Shown: positions 35,675-46,450 of the stretch, one piece after another
Layout of the letters: each line of letters begins with the position of its first letter
How positions within the stretch are numbered: the stretch's first letter is position 1
Assembly (NCBI GenBank): GCA_023515795.1
Contig: JALGPX010000082.1
Location: 1-49,686, forward strand
Source of the DNA: Amoeboaphelidium occidentale
Taxonomy: Eukaryota
Length of the DNA stretch: 49,686 nucleotides
Direction: 5' to 3'
Notes under the pieces: model-generated
What the model saw: the letters and a program-made list of their open reading frames with translations, nothing else
Databases searched by the model: none
Told to the model about the DNA's origin: nothing
Made by a program: the position numbers and the translations under genes

Positions 35675-37122
35675 ATGTTGAGGACACTCTCTTTACCGAA
35701 AGCAGTGGTAACTTCCTTTAATGCCGACCTTTGTGACCGATTGTGACCTTTAGCCACGCAGACTGTTTCATTCTACCAGCAAAGCACTTGGCGCAAAGTT
35801 GAAGCCAGCGCCATGCATTGGTTTTAACTTGACACCTGAGCAAAAGGAGTATCAGGAATTGGCCAGAAAGTTCACAGCTGAGCATATCATTCCAAAGGCT
35901 GCTCATTACGATGAAACGATGGAGTATCCAACTGAAGTTTTGAAGAAAGCATGGGAACTTGGTTTGCTGAATACGCACATTGGACAGGAGTACGGCGGTC
36001 TTGGCTTAGGAGCCTTGGACTCTTCAATTATTACTGAAGAATTGGCTTATGGATGCACTGGAATTCAAACTGCAGCTGAAGCGAACTCATTAGCAGAAGC
36101 GCCTTTGATCTTGGCTGCCAGCGATGCTCAAAAGAAGAAGTATTTGGGCAGAATGACAGAGGAATTCCTCATGGCTGCTTATTGCGTTACTGAACCGTTA
36201 GTCTTTTAAGTTTGATCAACTGAATTCTTTAGTCAAGCTGGAAGTGACGTCGCTGGTATCAAAACGTCGGCTGTGAAAAAGGGCGACAAGTGGGTCATTA
36301 ATGGAAACAAGATGTGGATCACCAATGGAGGTATTTCACTGTCTTTCAGTGCGTTGATTTCATAGGCAAGGCAAACTGGTACTTTGTATTGACGAAGACC
36401 GATGCGTCTGCTCCTGCTGGCAAAGCATTCACCGCATTCATTGTTGATGCCGATACTCCTGGAATCAGTGTTGGTAAGAAGGAAATTAACATGGGACAAA
36501 GATGCAGTGACACTCGTGGTATTGCATTTGAAGAAGTTGTTGTCAGTGATGAGAACAGATTGGGTGATGTTGGTCAGGGCTTCAAGATTGCCATGGGCGC
36601 GTTTGATATCACACGTCCTGCTGTTGCTGCAGGAGCAGGTATGAATATTATGAGAATTAGTATAATTTTTAGTTGGTTTGGCTAGACGTGCTTTGGAAGA
36701 GGCAACAAAGTACTCCATGGAAAGAAAAACAATGGGAAAACCTATTTGCGAGCATCAGGCTATTGCATTCATGCTTGCTGATATGGCTATTGGAGTTGAA
36801 ACCGCAAGATTGATGGTTTACAGGTCTGCAAGAATGATTGACGAAGGTCACAGAAACACATATTTTGCTTCAGTAGCCAAAGCTTATGCTGGAGAAGTTG
36901 CAAACAAGTGTGCTGCAGATGCTGTGCAAGTGTTTGGAGGCTATGGTTTCAACAGCGAATATCCTGTTGAAAAGTTAATGAGGTGAATTTACAATCTGCT
37001 AATTAACAATGTTTAGGGATGCTAAGATCTTTATGATTTACGAAGGAACTTCGCAGATTCAGAGAACAATTATCAGTAGAATGCTTCTAGATAAGGTTGC
37101 AAAGACTGGAAGTTCCCTGTAA
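35675..37122 (+). CDS. ACADM: Medium-chain acyl-CoA dehydrogenase, mitochondrial
   Basis: [71 protein letters not shown]; six exons. Confidence 0.95.
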
Positions 37123-37142
37123 TAAAGACTGTTAATTTCACA

Positions 37143-37892
37143 ATGAGTGGAAAGATTCACGTTGGAAACAACTCTACAGACATCGGCGTTGCCCTGGCAA
37201 AAATTATCGTGCAGAAGTCCAAGGAAGCAATCGCAGACCATGGCGCCTTTTCCATTGCTTTTTCTGGTGGAAGTCTTCCTCAAATCGTGGCAAAGGGCCT
37301 TCTTCAGTCTAAAGAGGAGATCGATTATTCTAAATGGACCATTGTGTTTGCTGATGAGCGCCTAGTGCCTCTTTCAGATGCTGACTCTAATTACAAATTG
37401 GTAAAGGACAATCTGTTAAGTAAAATTGCTAAGCAGCCGCATGTATTGACGATTGATGAGAACCTTTTGAAAGATGCTAACAAATCTGCATTAGATTATG
37501 AAGAGAGACTGAAGAAAGTCGTCTTAACCACAGCGGCTGGTGTTCCCTCTATTGATCTGCTATTACTTGGCATGGGCCCTGATGGCCACACGTGCTCTTT
37601 GTTCCCTGGGCATCAATTGCTAACGGAAACTGATAAGCTAATTGCTTCTATTGAAGATTCCCCGAAACCACCGCCTAGAAGGATCACATTCACTTTAAAA
37701 CTGGTTAATGCTACAAAAGACGCATTATTTGTCGTGACAGGTGATGGGAAGAAGCAAGTTCTGCATGAAGCATTCGAAGTGAAACCAAACAAATACCCTG
37801 TGGAATTCGTCAAAGCAAGGCAGGAGACTTTGTGGTTTCTTGATACACCAGCTGCATCACTACTGTCAACAGCTTCACTGAATAAAGTTTGA
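37143..37892 (+). CDS. PGLS: 6-phosphogluconolactonase
   Basis: SGGSLP, FADER, LLGMGPDGHTCSLFPGH, DSPKPPPRRIT. Confidence 0.95.
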   Translation: MSGKIHVGNNSTDIGVALAKIIVQKSKEAIADHGAFSIAFSGGSLPQIVAKGLLQSKEEIDYSKWTIVFADERLVPLSDADSNYKLVKDNLLSKIAKQPHVLTIDENLLKDANKSALDYEERLKKVVLTTAAGVPSIDLLLLGMGPDGHTCSLFPGHQLLTETDKLIASIEDSPKPPPRRITFTLKLVNATKDALFVVTGDGKKQVLHEAFEVKPNKYPVEFVKARQETLWFLDTPAASLLSTASLNKV

Positions 37893-37981
37893 GCGTGATA
37901 ACAAATTGCTCGACCATCAACCACTTTCCATTTGTCTTGTCAACATCATCATCAAACGCATTCTCTAAACGATCAACCAAC

Positions 37982-38710
37982 ATGGCAGCAACATACAGCA
38001 AAAGCAAGGCAGAAGAAAGTAACATCAACAAAGACGGAGTGTCAGTAATCAAAAGGTTAACCTGAATTATCAAAGAGTTTCTTAATGATATAGATTGCAG
38101 AATGAGCTAATGACTCTGATGGTACATTGACTGTTTCAACTCGCTAGAACTGTATATATAGATGTCTGGTACTCCTGGAATATCTGCATTCCCTGAGTCT
38201 GAGAATCTTATGCAATGGATAGCAACAATTGAAGGGCCTACTGGAACAGTATGATCGTTTTTCCCAGTGGTTAGTACAAACATATTTAGGTCTATGAAGG
38301 GCTATCATACAAGCTCAGTCTTAAATTTGGTCAGAATTATCCTTATACAGCCCCTGTTGTCAAATTTGAGACACCATGTTACCATCCAAATGTCGATCTC
38401 AGCGGGAACATTTGCTTGGACATTTTGAAGGTTCGTTCAAACTTAAATCAAGTATTCACTGTTAAGGAGCAATGGTCAGCTGTTTACAATGTCAGCACGA
38501 TCCTATTGAGCATTCAATCTTTGTTGGGTGGTAAGAACAAAGTCTCTACATGGCGCGACTAACTTTCACAGAGCCTAACAATGATAGTCCTTTAAATGGT
38601 CAAGCTGCTCAGTTGTGGGCTAATCAGTCAGGTAACAATTGATACTCTGTATTGTCTCACTGGTAGAATTCAAAAAAGCCTTGGTAGCTTTCAATAACAA
38701 ACAAAAGTGA
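37982..38710 (+). CDS. UBE2C: Ubiquitin-conjugating enzyme E2-C (UbcH10/Ubc11); 7 exons, absent from the ORF track
   Basis: Spliced product: ...[51 protein letters not shown]...[26 protein letters not shown]...[13 protein letters not shown]. Confidence 0.95.
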
Positions 38711-38886
38711 TATAAGAGCCACAATAAATTCCAATGTACCTTAAATTTTCTGTCGGAATATATTTTATTGATGACGTAGTCGTAAATACGTTGCGTTTGT
38801 TTCACGCTAGAACGTTGTATGTGTTGATCAACATGCGCCTATAAAACAAGGCCATTCTCAGGATTTCAATCTTCATTTCAAATTAA

Positions 38887-39621
38887 ATGGTTCAATTTGG
38901 CGCTTGTTTATTACGAATTACTATCGTACTTCTGCTAGTTACCATCATCTTATCGTTGATCGGTGGTATGGGCTTCGTTGGTGCTAAATCATTGTTCTGG
39001 GTTGGGTTACAGCTGAACATGACAAACACTGATTTAAATCCTCCGCCAACTTATGTTCCTGTCTGGTATGGTCTGTTTGATAAGTGCCATTTGGTTGCTG
39101 GTACTAAGATCAAGTGTTTCCCATTGATCCCTCCAAAAGTGAAGAACTCTACTGAACTGAGCGCTGAAGAAGCAGAGGCTGAAAAAGAAAAATTAACAGG
39201 TGGTTCAATTGGTGTTGTGGCAATTACAGGAGTACCTGCCACTATCATTACATTCATGCCCTATTTATTCGCTGCATCAGCAGCTGTAACACTCGGTGCA
39301 TTGTTTGCGACCTGCTGTTTGAGAGCTGGAGCTTTCTCATTCGTTGCAATTCTGGTGCTTCTGATACAAGCTGCAGCTACTGGCGTTGCGATGTACTTTT
39401 TTGCTACATTAAAGGCAAAACTTAAAGGAAACTATGTGTTTGGTCCTGGTGTATATGCAGCATTTGGAGCAGTCGCGATCGCACTTCTTATTACCATTTG
39501 GTCGCTATGCATATTTACATGCCAGAGAAGACAAGTTTGCATAGACAGCGATTTGGATTACGATCAGAAGGTTGAATTACAACCAAGAAGAAGCTGTTGG
39601 GACAATCCATGCTGCTGTTAG
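38887..39621 (+). CDS. Four-TM claudin/SUR7/PalI-superfamily membrane protein
   Basis: Four hydrophobic segments; first loop carries W...YGLFDKC...C (claudin-type W-GLW-C-C signature); FGPG before TM4; Cys-rich C-terminus. Confidence 0.7.
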   Translation: MVQFGACLLRITIVLLLVTIILSLIGGMGFVGAKSLFWVGLQLNMTNTDLNPPPTYVPVWYGLFDKCHLVAGTKIKCFPLIPPKVKNSTELSAEEAEAEKEKLTGGSIGVVAITGVPATIITFMPYLFAASAAVTLGALFATCCLRAGAFSFVAILVLLIQAAATGVAMYFFATLKAKLKGNYVFGPGVYAAFGAVAIALLITIWSLCIFTCQRRQVCIDSDLDYDQKVELQPRRSCWDNPCCC

Positions 39622-39698
39622 ACTGATACGAAACGACATGTAATCTTGATTTAATTTGATAATATAATGTTTACCAGAGCACCATTTTTATTTCCCAT

Positions 39699-40055
39699 TT
39701 ATTCGACATTCTTGGTAACTAGGCCCTTGAACGAAGTAACAGGGACGAAGGTAGCAACAGTGTACAACTTCTCAGTTGCTTCAGCATCCTCATTACGACG
39801 CCTTTCCAAACGAACACGAATGCGGCGAGGCACATTTCTAATTCCTCTGTTCCATACAGCCTGGTTTAAAGAGGTGTCGACACGGACGTCTTTTGTACCA
39901 AACGCTTTTGTTGCAAATTCCTTGATGCTCTTAATGGCGTGTGGAGCCCTCTTCTTGAAAGACTTTCCATGAACAAGTTTGTGTAAATGGATTGTGTATT
40001 CGCGGGTTATAACATCCTGAGTGGCTGCTCTCTTGGTAGTCTTTTCCTTTGCCAT
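39699..40055 (-). CDS. RPL31: 60S ribosomal protein eL31
   Basis: [44 protein letters not shown]. Confidence 0.98.
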   Translation of the reverse strand: MAKEKTTKRAATQDVITREYTIHLHKLVHGKSFKKRAPHAIKSIKEFATKAFGTKDVRVDTSLNQAVWNRGIRNVPRRIRVRLERRRNEDAEATEKLYTVATFVPVTSFKGLVTKNVE

Positions 40056-40057
40056 AT

Positions 40058-40187
40058 CTACAGAGGGTTAGAACGTGTCCTTCATAAACCAGAAGCAAAG
40101 GCCTCGCGTGATGCCCCAGCGCTATTCATCCACAGTAGCCACTCGAGTATCCATCGCTTTCTGGTTGAGCTTTGATTTCTGTCGTAC
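40058..40187 (-). promoter_or_regulatory. 130-nt structured 5'-UTR intron of RPL31
   Basis: AAAG|GTACGA donor at 40187; CTAAC branch point and TAG acceptor 2 nt before the ATG; internal inverted repeat 40087-40166. Confidence 0.7.
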
Positions 40188-40271
40188 CTTTTTTCTGTGT
40201 AAAAAATTTTTTTCGTTGATTTCCGTGATCGGCTTCGGTTTGGCGGCGATAGTGATTTTTGGAAGATATTG

Positions 40272-41180
40272 ATGAATTCTGAGTTACGATGGCTCAAGGA
40301 AGCAGCATTGGCATACACAAAGAAGCATAAATCATTTATTGGTTTTACTGAACGCTTGAATTTCTACATCAGACAAAGGCGTGCTGGCGCGCCTTTACAA
40401 TATATCCTTCGATCGCAACCATTCTGTGGTTTAGACATGATCACTCGGAAACCTGTGTTGATACCGCGTCCTGAAACGGAAGAATGGGTCTCTGATGTTA
40501 TTAAGAAACTGAATAATACTTTGGATCATAACCGTCAAACAAGATCTTTGCGAATTCTAGACTTATGTACAGGATCTGGTTGTATAGCTGTTTCAGTTGC
40601 ATATCATTTGAAGAAGCACTTTGCTGAAAAGAATCTTTGCTATGATATTAAAGTTGTTGGTGTTGATAACCAGCAGCATTGTGTTCGCTTGGCTTCATTG
40701 AATGCTCGCAAATTTAAAGTGGATGATATCGTTGCAGTGAAATACTGCGATCTGTTTAATGATGATTCTGTGCGAGAAATAGGAAAATTTGGGCCTTACG
40801 ATATAATTCTTACAAATCCTCCGTATATCAGTGACGATGAAGTTCAATTGCTTGAGCCGGACGTAACACAACATGAAGACATGGCAGCATTATCAGGCAC
40901 TAAAGAGAATCACGATGGATTGATTTATTACAAGAGAATCTTAGAAGTTTTGGATCTGCTTGGTTACAAGAAGGTTGGCCGTAAATGTTGCGAAAGGAAA
41001 GTGGAACGAAGTCAGTTTGAATTTAACACGGAAGAGACCTTGAGGATACCTTCAATTGCGATGGAAATTGGTGGTGAGCATCAAATCCCAGGCTTGTTAG
41101 AAATATTCAAGTCCAAATTTAATCACATCAGAATCTATAACGACATGTTTGGCAAAACTAGAGTGCTGCAGCTTCAATAG
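40272..41180 (+). CDS. MTQ1: HemK/PrmC release-factor glutamine methyltransferase (mitochondrial type)
   Basis: PLQYIL, VLIPRPETEEW, LDLCTGSGCIA, NPPYI. Confidence 0.9.
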   Translation: MNSELRWLKEAALAYTKKHKSFIGFTERLNFYIRQRRAGAPLQYILRSQPFCGLDMITRKPVLIPRPETEEWVSDVIKKLNNTLDHNRQTRSLRILDLCTGSGCIAVSVAYHLKKHFAEKNLCYDIKVVGVDNQQHCVRLASLNARKFKVDDIVAVKYCDLFNDDSVREIGKFGPYDIILTNPPYISDDEVQLLEPDVTQHEDMAALSGTKENHDGLIYYKRILEVLDLLGYKKVGRKCCERKVERSQFEFNTEETLRIPSIAMEIGGEHQIPGLLEIFKSKFNHIRIYNDMFGKTRVLQLQ

Positions 41181-41254
41181 AGACTTATCGCGTTTTGATT
41201 TAATGCACGGAAGCTTAGAGGATTTTTCCGTGTTCATACTTTATCTTGTTATTG

Positions 41255-42304
41255 ATGGCAGAGGAGCGAAGACCGTCGCTGCTGAAATTGCTTGATGGAG
41301 TATTAAACGTATTGAAATGGGCAGATTCCACAGTAGAGGACAAAAACGAATTATCACCATCGAAAGATAAAACAGGGGAGCAGGAGGAACTAATCGATCT
41401 CTTTGACAGGAACTTGCGGTTATCAGAAGCCAAGACAGAAGTCAAAGCAAAGGACGCCGTAGAAACGTTATCGTTTACAGAGGGAACAATTAAGGAATTA
41501 TCGGATCTCATTAAATCTGATAAATGCCAGAATATCATCATCATGGCTGGTGCTGGGATATCGACAGCTGCGGGAATCCCTGATTTTAGGTCGCCCGGAA
41601 CAGGGCTTTATAGCAACTTACAAAAGTATAATTTACCTTATCCAGAAGCGATTTTTGATATTGAGTATTTTATGGAGGATCCTGAACCATTCTTCACTCT
41701 AGCAAAGGAGCTTTATCCTGGTCAGTTCTTACCCACACTCTCTCATCATTTCATTCGGTTGCTTCAGGACAAGAAGAAGCTGTCACGGTGCTACACTCAG
41801 AATATCGATACTTTAGAGCGAGTTGCTGGAGTGAATGATGATCTATTGGTCGAGGCCCATGGTTCATTTCACACGGCGCATTGTGTGGATCTTACTTGTC
41901 ATGAAGAGTTTAGCCATGAGGATGTTCGTGAGACTATCCTTAAAGGAAATATACCGAAATGCTCACGATGTGGTGGTCTTGTAAAACCTGATATTGTTTT
42001 CTTTGGAGAGGGACTTCCTGCACGATTCTTTGAGTATCTGGAGAAAGACTTTCCACAATGCGATCTATTGATAGTAATGGGCACATCTTTGGCAGTGCAT
42101 CCTTTTGCATCATTAATAACTAAAGTTCGGAAGAATGTTCCCAGAGTTCTCGTAAATATGGAAGTTGCTGGAACGGAAGTCTATGGAGGGTTTGACTTCT
42201 CGAACAAGAAGCGTGATGTCTTTCTCGAGGGAAAATGTGATGAAATCTTGAAGGAACTCATAGATCATCTAAGTTGGGCTGAAGATTTAGAAAGCCTTAT
42301 CTAG
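41255..42304 (+). CDS. SIRT2: NAD-dependent deacetylase, class Ib sirtuin (SIRT2/Hst2)
   Basis: GAGISTAAGIPDFRS, YTQNIDTLE, EAHGSF, KPDIVFFGE, GTSLAVHPFA. Confidence 0.93.
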   Translation: MAEERRPSLLKLLDGVLNVLKWADSTVEDKNELSPSKDKTGEQEELIDLFDRNLRLSEAKTEVKAKDAVETLSFTEGTIKELSDLIKSDKCQNIIIMAGAGISTAAGIPDFRSPGTGLYSNLQKYNLPYPEAIFDIEYFMEDPEPFFTLAKELYPGQFLPTLSHHFIRLLQDKKKLSRCYTQNIDTLERVAGVNDDLLVEAHGSFHTAHCVDLTCHEEFSHEDVRETILKGNIPKCSRCGGLVKPDIVFFGEGLPARFFEYLEKDFPQCDLLIVMGTSLAVHPFASLITKVRKNVPRVLVNMEVAGTEVYGGFDFSNKKRDVFLEGKCDEILKELIDHLSWAEDLESLI

Positions 42305-42359
42305 AAGAACGGCGAAGATGCTGTTTAGTTATATCCGTTTTTGTTTTAATAATCAAATA

Positions 42360-43667
42360 ATGGTTGCAATTATTGAGTCTTCACCAGAGAACAACGAAGT
42401 AACTTACACATTTAACAAAGAGGGTTCCGTTACAAAATCTTCCAATAATAAAGCAGGGCTGAAACATATCCAGAGATCAAAGTCTTCGATTGTGGGATTG
42501 TTTTATGAGATCTTTCTTCCTGCTGGATATCCACAAACTGTGACTGAAGACTACGCTGCGTATCAAATTTACGATTCACTACAGGCTTTTTGTTCAACCA
42601 TTAATGGTCTTTTATCAACTCAGGCTGCCTTAAAAGAAGCGGGTGTTGGTGATTCTACGGCAACAGCGTTAAGCGCACTCCTGAGTTGGACTATCAAAGA
42701 CGGGACAGGCATGGTCGGGAGTATCTTATTTACTTGGAAGTTCGCTAAAAATTTGGATTATGATGCAAAGACTTGGAGGTTCATGGCTGATATATTCAAT
42801 GATCTCGGAATGGTTTTTGTTCTCTTGTCTCCAATGCTGAACTTTGACAAGAGGATATCGCTAGCTCTCTTGTGTATCGGAACTCTATTCAAATCTCTCT
42901 GTGGTGTATGTGGTGGTGCCACAAAAGGCGCTTTAACTCAGCATTTCGCGAAGAGCAACAACATGGCAGATGTTTCAGCTAAAGACGGATCGCAAGAAAC
43001 GATTATCAATTTGGTATCGATGATATTTGGGTCTTGGTTAATATCTCAACTTGAAACAAAGCTATATGCCTCCAAGCATCTGCTGGAACTATTCGGTTTG
43101 TCATCACAAGAACAATTCAAAATTCTCATGAGCTGGCTGCTCTTTGCTTTGCTCACGATAGGCCATTTATACGCAAACTATCAGGCCTGCAGAAGCGTGG
43201 TATTAGACACGATTAATGCGCAAAGAATTGAAATTCTCCTGAAGAACTACATCAAATCTATTACTGCTTCTGAGCAAATATATATGGTGTGCTCTCCTAA
43301 AGATGTATCAAAAGCAGAAAGTATCATAGTCTGGCATTTTAAACCAAGACGATTGGTCAAGATAGGAGTTTCGGTTGAGAAGTATATTGACAACATCACG
43401 CTAAGAGATCAATTGGAGTCCAATGGGTTCGCAATATTTCCGGACAAGAAAAGCATCCATGTTGTACTTGAAGAAACCTTTTCTGATTATTTGAAACTTG
43501 CGTATCTGTTAAACCTTCACAACGTTTGTGATGATCAAGACGTTGCGCGATATTCGCTGCATTATGACCGCTTCAAAGAGCAGCTGGTTAAAAGGGGCTG
43601 GAACATAAAAAATTTACAGATATCTTTTCGAGACGAAGGGTATCGAGTTAGAGCGAAGCATGAATAG
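42360..43667 (+). CDS. RUS1/DUF647 family protein
   Basis: FLPAGYPQTVTEDY..YQIYDSLQAF, KDGTG, DAKTWRFMAD, HFAKSNNMADVSAKDGSQET. Confidence 0.92.
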   Translation: MVAIIESSPENNEVTYTFNKEGSVTKSSNNKAGLKHIQRSKSSIVGLFYEIFLPAGYPQTVTEDYAAYQIYDSLQAFCSTINGLLSTQAALKEAGVGDSTATALSALLSWTIKDGTGMVGSILFTWKFAKNLDYDAKTWRFMADIFNDLGMVFVLLSPMLNFDKRISLALLCIGTLFKSLCGVCGGATKGALTQHFAKSNNMADVSAKDGSQETIINLVSMIFGSWLISQLETKLYASKHLLELFGLSSQEQFKILMSWLLFALLTIGHLYANYQACRSVVLDTINAQRIEILLKNYIKSITASEQIYMVCSPKDVSKAESIIVWHFKPRRLVKIGVSVEKYIDNITLRDQLESNGFAIFPDKKSIHVVLEETFSDYLKLAYLLNLHNVCDDQDVARYSLHYDRFKEQLVKRGWNIKNLQISFRDEGYRVRAKHE

Positions 43668-43691
43668 AAAAGCATAAAAGTTTTCCGAAGG

Positions 43692-45695
43692 ATGAAACGA
43701 TTGAATCGAGAAGAATCATCAGACTCTTCCGATGATGAGGAAATTGGGCCACAGCCAATTGAAGTTCCTGAGCCTAACGCGGCTAATGAAGATAAATCTG
43801 CGCGATCGCAAGAAGTAGAGGAAGCTCCTGTTAAAGCAGATAAACCTAAAAAGCGGCAAAGAGGTATTCCCGCTGCAAAAGGCTTTAACGCCATAGTTCA
43901 ACTTAATGAGGATATTCTACTTGATGACCTCCCCTCAGCAGAAATGTACGAAAAGTCTTTCATGCACAGGGACCAATTGACATTGTGCGCTGCATCTTCG
44001 AAAACGCACTTCTTCTTTACGGCCTCCAAAGATGGACATTTAAAGCTGTGGAAGCGGACAGAAAAGGGATTTGAGTTTGTAAAGCACTTTAAAGCGCACT
44101 CTGAGTCGATTACCGGACTCGCAGTTTCGCGCGATGGTCGCCGCTTAGTTTCCATCTCGACTGACAAGACATGCAAAATTTACAACGTCACGGCCTTTGA
44201 TATGATAAGCATGTTCAAGTTTGATTATGTTCCTGGATATGTTTGTTGGTACTCGGAAGTGGAGAATGGCGTTGATACATTCTTGGCTATTACAGATAAG
44301 AACTCTAATAAGATTTTTCTATACGATTCTAACGGAGATGGTACTGCATTGCATGAGGTTGAAAGCGTTCACAAGTCTCCTTTAAAAGCTCTTCGATACA
44401 ATCATTCACATCATTGTTTTGTTTCTGCAGACGCAAAAGGATTCTTGGAATACTGGAAGCCAGAGGCGCCATTCACTAAGCCTAAAACTGTCAAATGGGA
44501 ACTCAGATCTGAAACTGATTTGTTAGAACATCTGAAATGCAAAGCTCCGGCGTCTAGTCTTGAAATATCTCCTGACGGCTCCAAGTTTGTTAGTTTCTCT
44601 TGTCAAGACCAAATCTTCAGATTATTCCAATTCGATTCGGGAAAGTTATTATACAAATTGGATGAGAGCATTGATAGTGTCGTTAAGTCTTATCAGAACG
44701 GAGATTCTCCAGTAAAGCTGGATGAGATGGAGTTCGGAAGACGTCTATCTGTAGAAAAGGAATTATTTTCGTCGCCTCAAGCTGATTTCATTAATCCACA
44801 ATTTGATGAAACAGGAAGCTTTCTTCTATATCCGTCTTTATTTGGTATTAAAGTGGTTAGTGTCTTTTCTGGAAGTTTAGTTAGAATTATCGGTCAAGGG
44901 GAGAATTTAAGATTCTTGAATGTTGCATTGTATCAGAATGATCCAGTAAAGCCGCAGATAATTACCGCAGAGCTTGTTGCATCCAATAATCCTGTATTGC
45001 AAAAGAAGACAGAAAGACAGCCAACTATTATAAGCTCTGCATTCAAGAAGAATCGCTTTTATATCTTGACAAGAATTTCACCAGGAACTACTCCAGGGTC
45101 AAGTGTGTCATCAAGAGATGTATTCAACGAAAAGCCATCAAAAGAAGAACAAACTGTTGCAGCCTCTCCGTCAAAATCAAAGATAGCTTCACAAGCAGTC
45201 ATCAGAACATCTCATGGAGATATATTCATCAAGTTCTTTCCGGAACGTGCTCCTAAAACCGTGGAAAACTTTGTAGGTCTTGCCAAGAGAGGGTATTATG
45301 ATAACTTGAAATTCCATCGTGTGATCAAAGGATTTATGATACAAACCGGCTGTCCATTTGGGGATGGAACAGGTGGAGATTCTATCTGGGGAAAACAGTT
45401 TGAAGATGAATTCCATCCTGATTTGAAACACGACAAAGCATTTACTGTAAGCATGGCGAATTGTGGCCCAAACACAAACCAGAGTCAATTTTTTATTACT
45501 ACAAAACCGACGGTAAATTCCATGCTTTTGTTGAATCTAATTCTGTTTTAGCCTTGGCTTGATTCAAAGCACACAGTTTTTGGTCGCGTAACAGCTGGAC
45601 AAGATACTGTAACTGCAATTGAGAATGTAAAGACAGACAAGAAGGACCGCCCATACAACGATGTTAAGATTATTGGAGTGGAAATAAGGAAATAG
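43692..45695 (+). CDS. PPWD1: WD40-repeat cyclophilin (spliceosomal PPIase)
   Basis: [56 protein letters not shown]; one intron near the 3' end. Confidence 0.95.
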
Positions 45696-45715
45696 ATCTT
45701 TTTGTTCAATTTGAT

Positions 45716-46310
45716 ATGACTGTGGAAGCAGAGAAGGCCAACATTCTGATAACAGGCACACCAGGTTGCGGAAAGACCACTTTAGCACAAAAATTAGCAG
45801 AAGCGACAGGATTACGACATGTACACGTTGGTGATCTTATTAAGCGCGAAAAGCTGTATGATGAATACGATGAAGAGTATGATTCTTATATTTTGAACGA
45901 AGATAAGGTAAAACTTTATGCTGTACCATTAATCCGAAAGCTATGCGACGCTGTTGCACCTGAAATCCTTCAAGGTGGCGCCATACTTGACTATCATTCG
46001 TGCGACTTCTTTGGAGAAGATTGGTTTGACCTGATCATAGTCTTACGCACCGAGACTAAAGTGCTCTATGATCGTCTTACTAGCAGGTACCTTCAGCAAG
46101 TATCATGATGACTTAAAATCTTGTAGACAATACTCTGAGCTGAAGATAAAAGAAAACGTGGAATGCGAAATTATGCAAGTTGCTTTAGATGAAGCCAAAG
46201 AAGCTTATCCTGACACCGCAGTTGTAGGACTACAGAGCAACACCGAAGAAGACATGTCGGAGAACATCAATCGTATCAGACAATGGCTTGAGGCCAATGA
46301 TCTTCTGTGA
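45716..46310 (+). CDS. FAP7: Adenylate kinase 6 / Fap7
   Basis: ILITGTPGCGKTT, DYHSCDFF, LYDRL, KIKENVECEIMQV; two introns. Confidence 0.93.
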
Positions 46311-46450
46311 ACACGAAGAGGGAGCACCAGAAAACGCAATAGATAACATTAATAGATTATGCATTAGAAGTTACAACAAGTTTTCTGAATATTCTTCCAA
46401 TGAAAATGGTCTCTTTAATTTCCTGCGACTGATCGCTGGATTCCTCAGAC

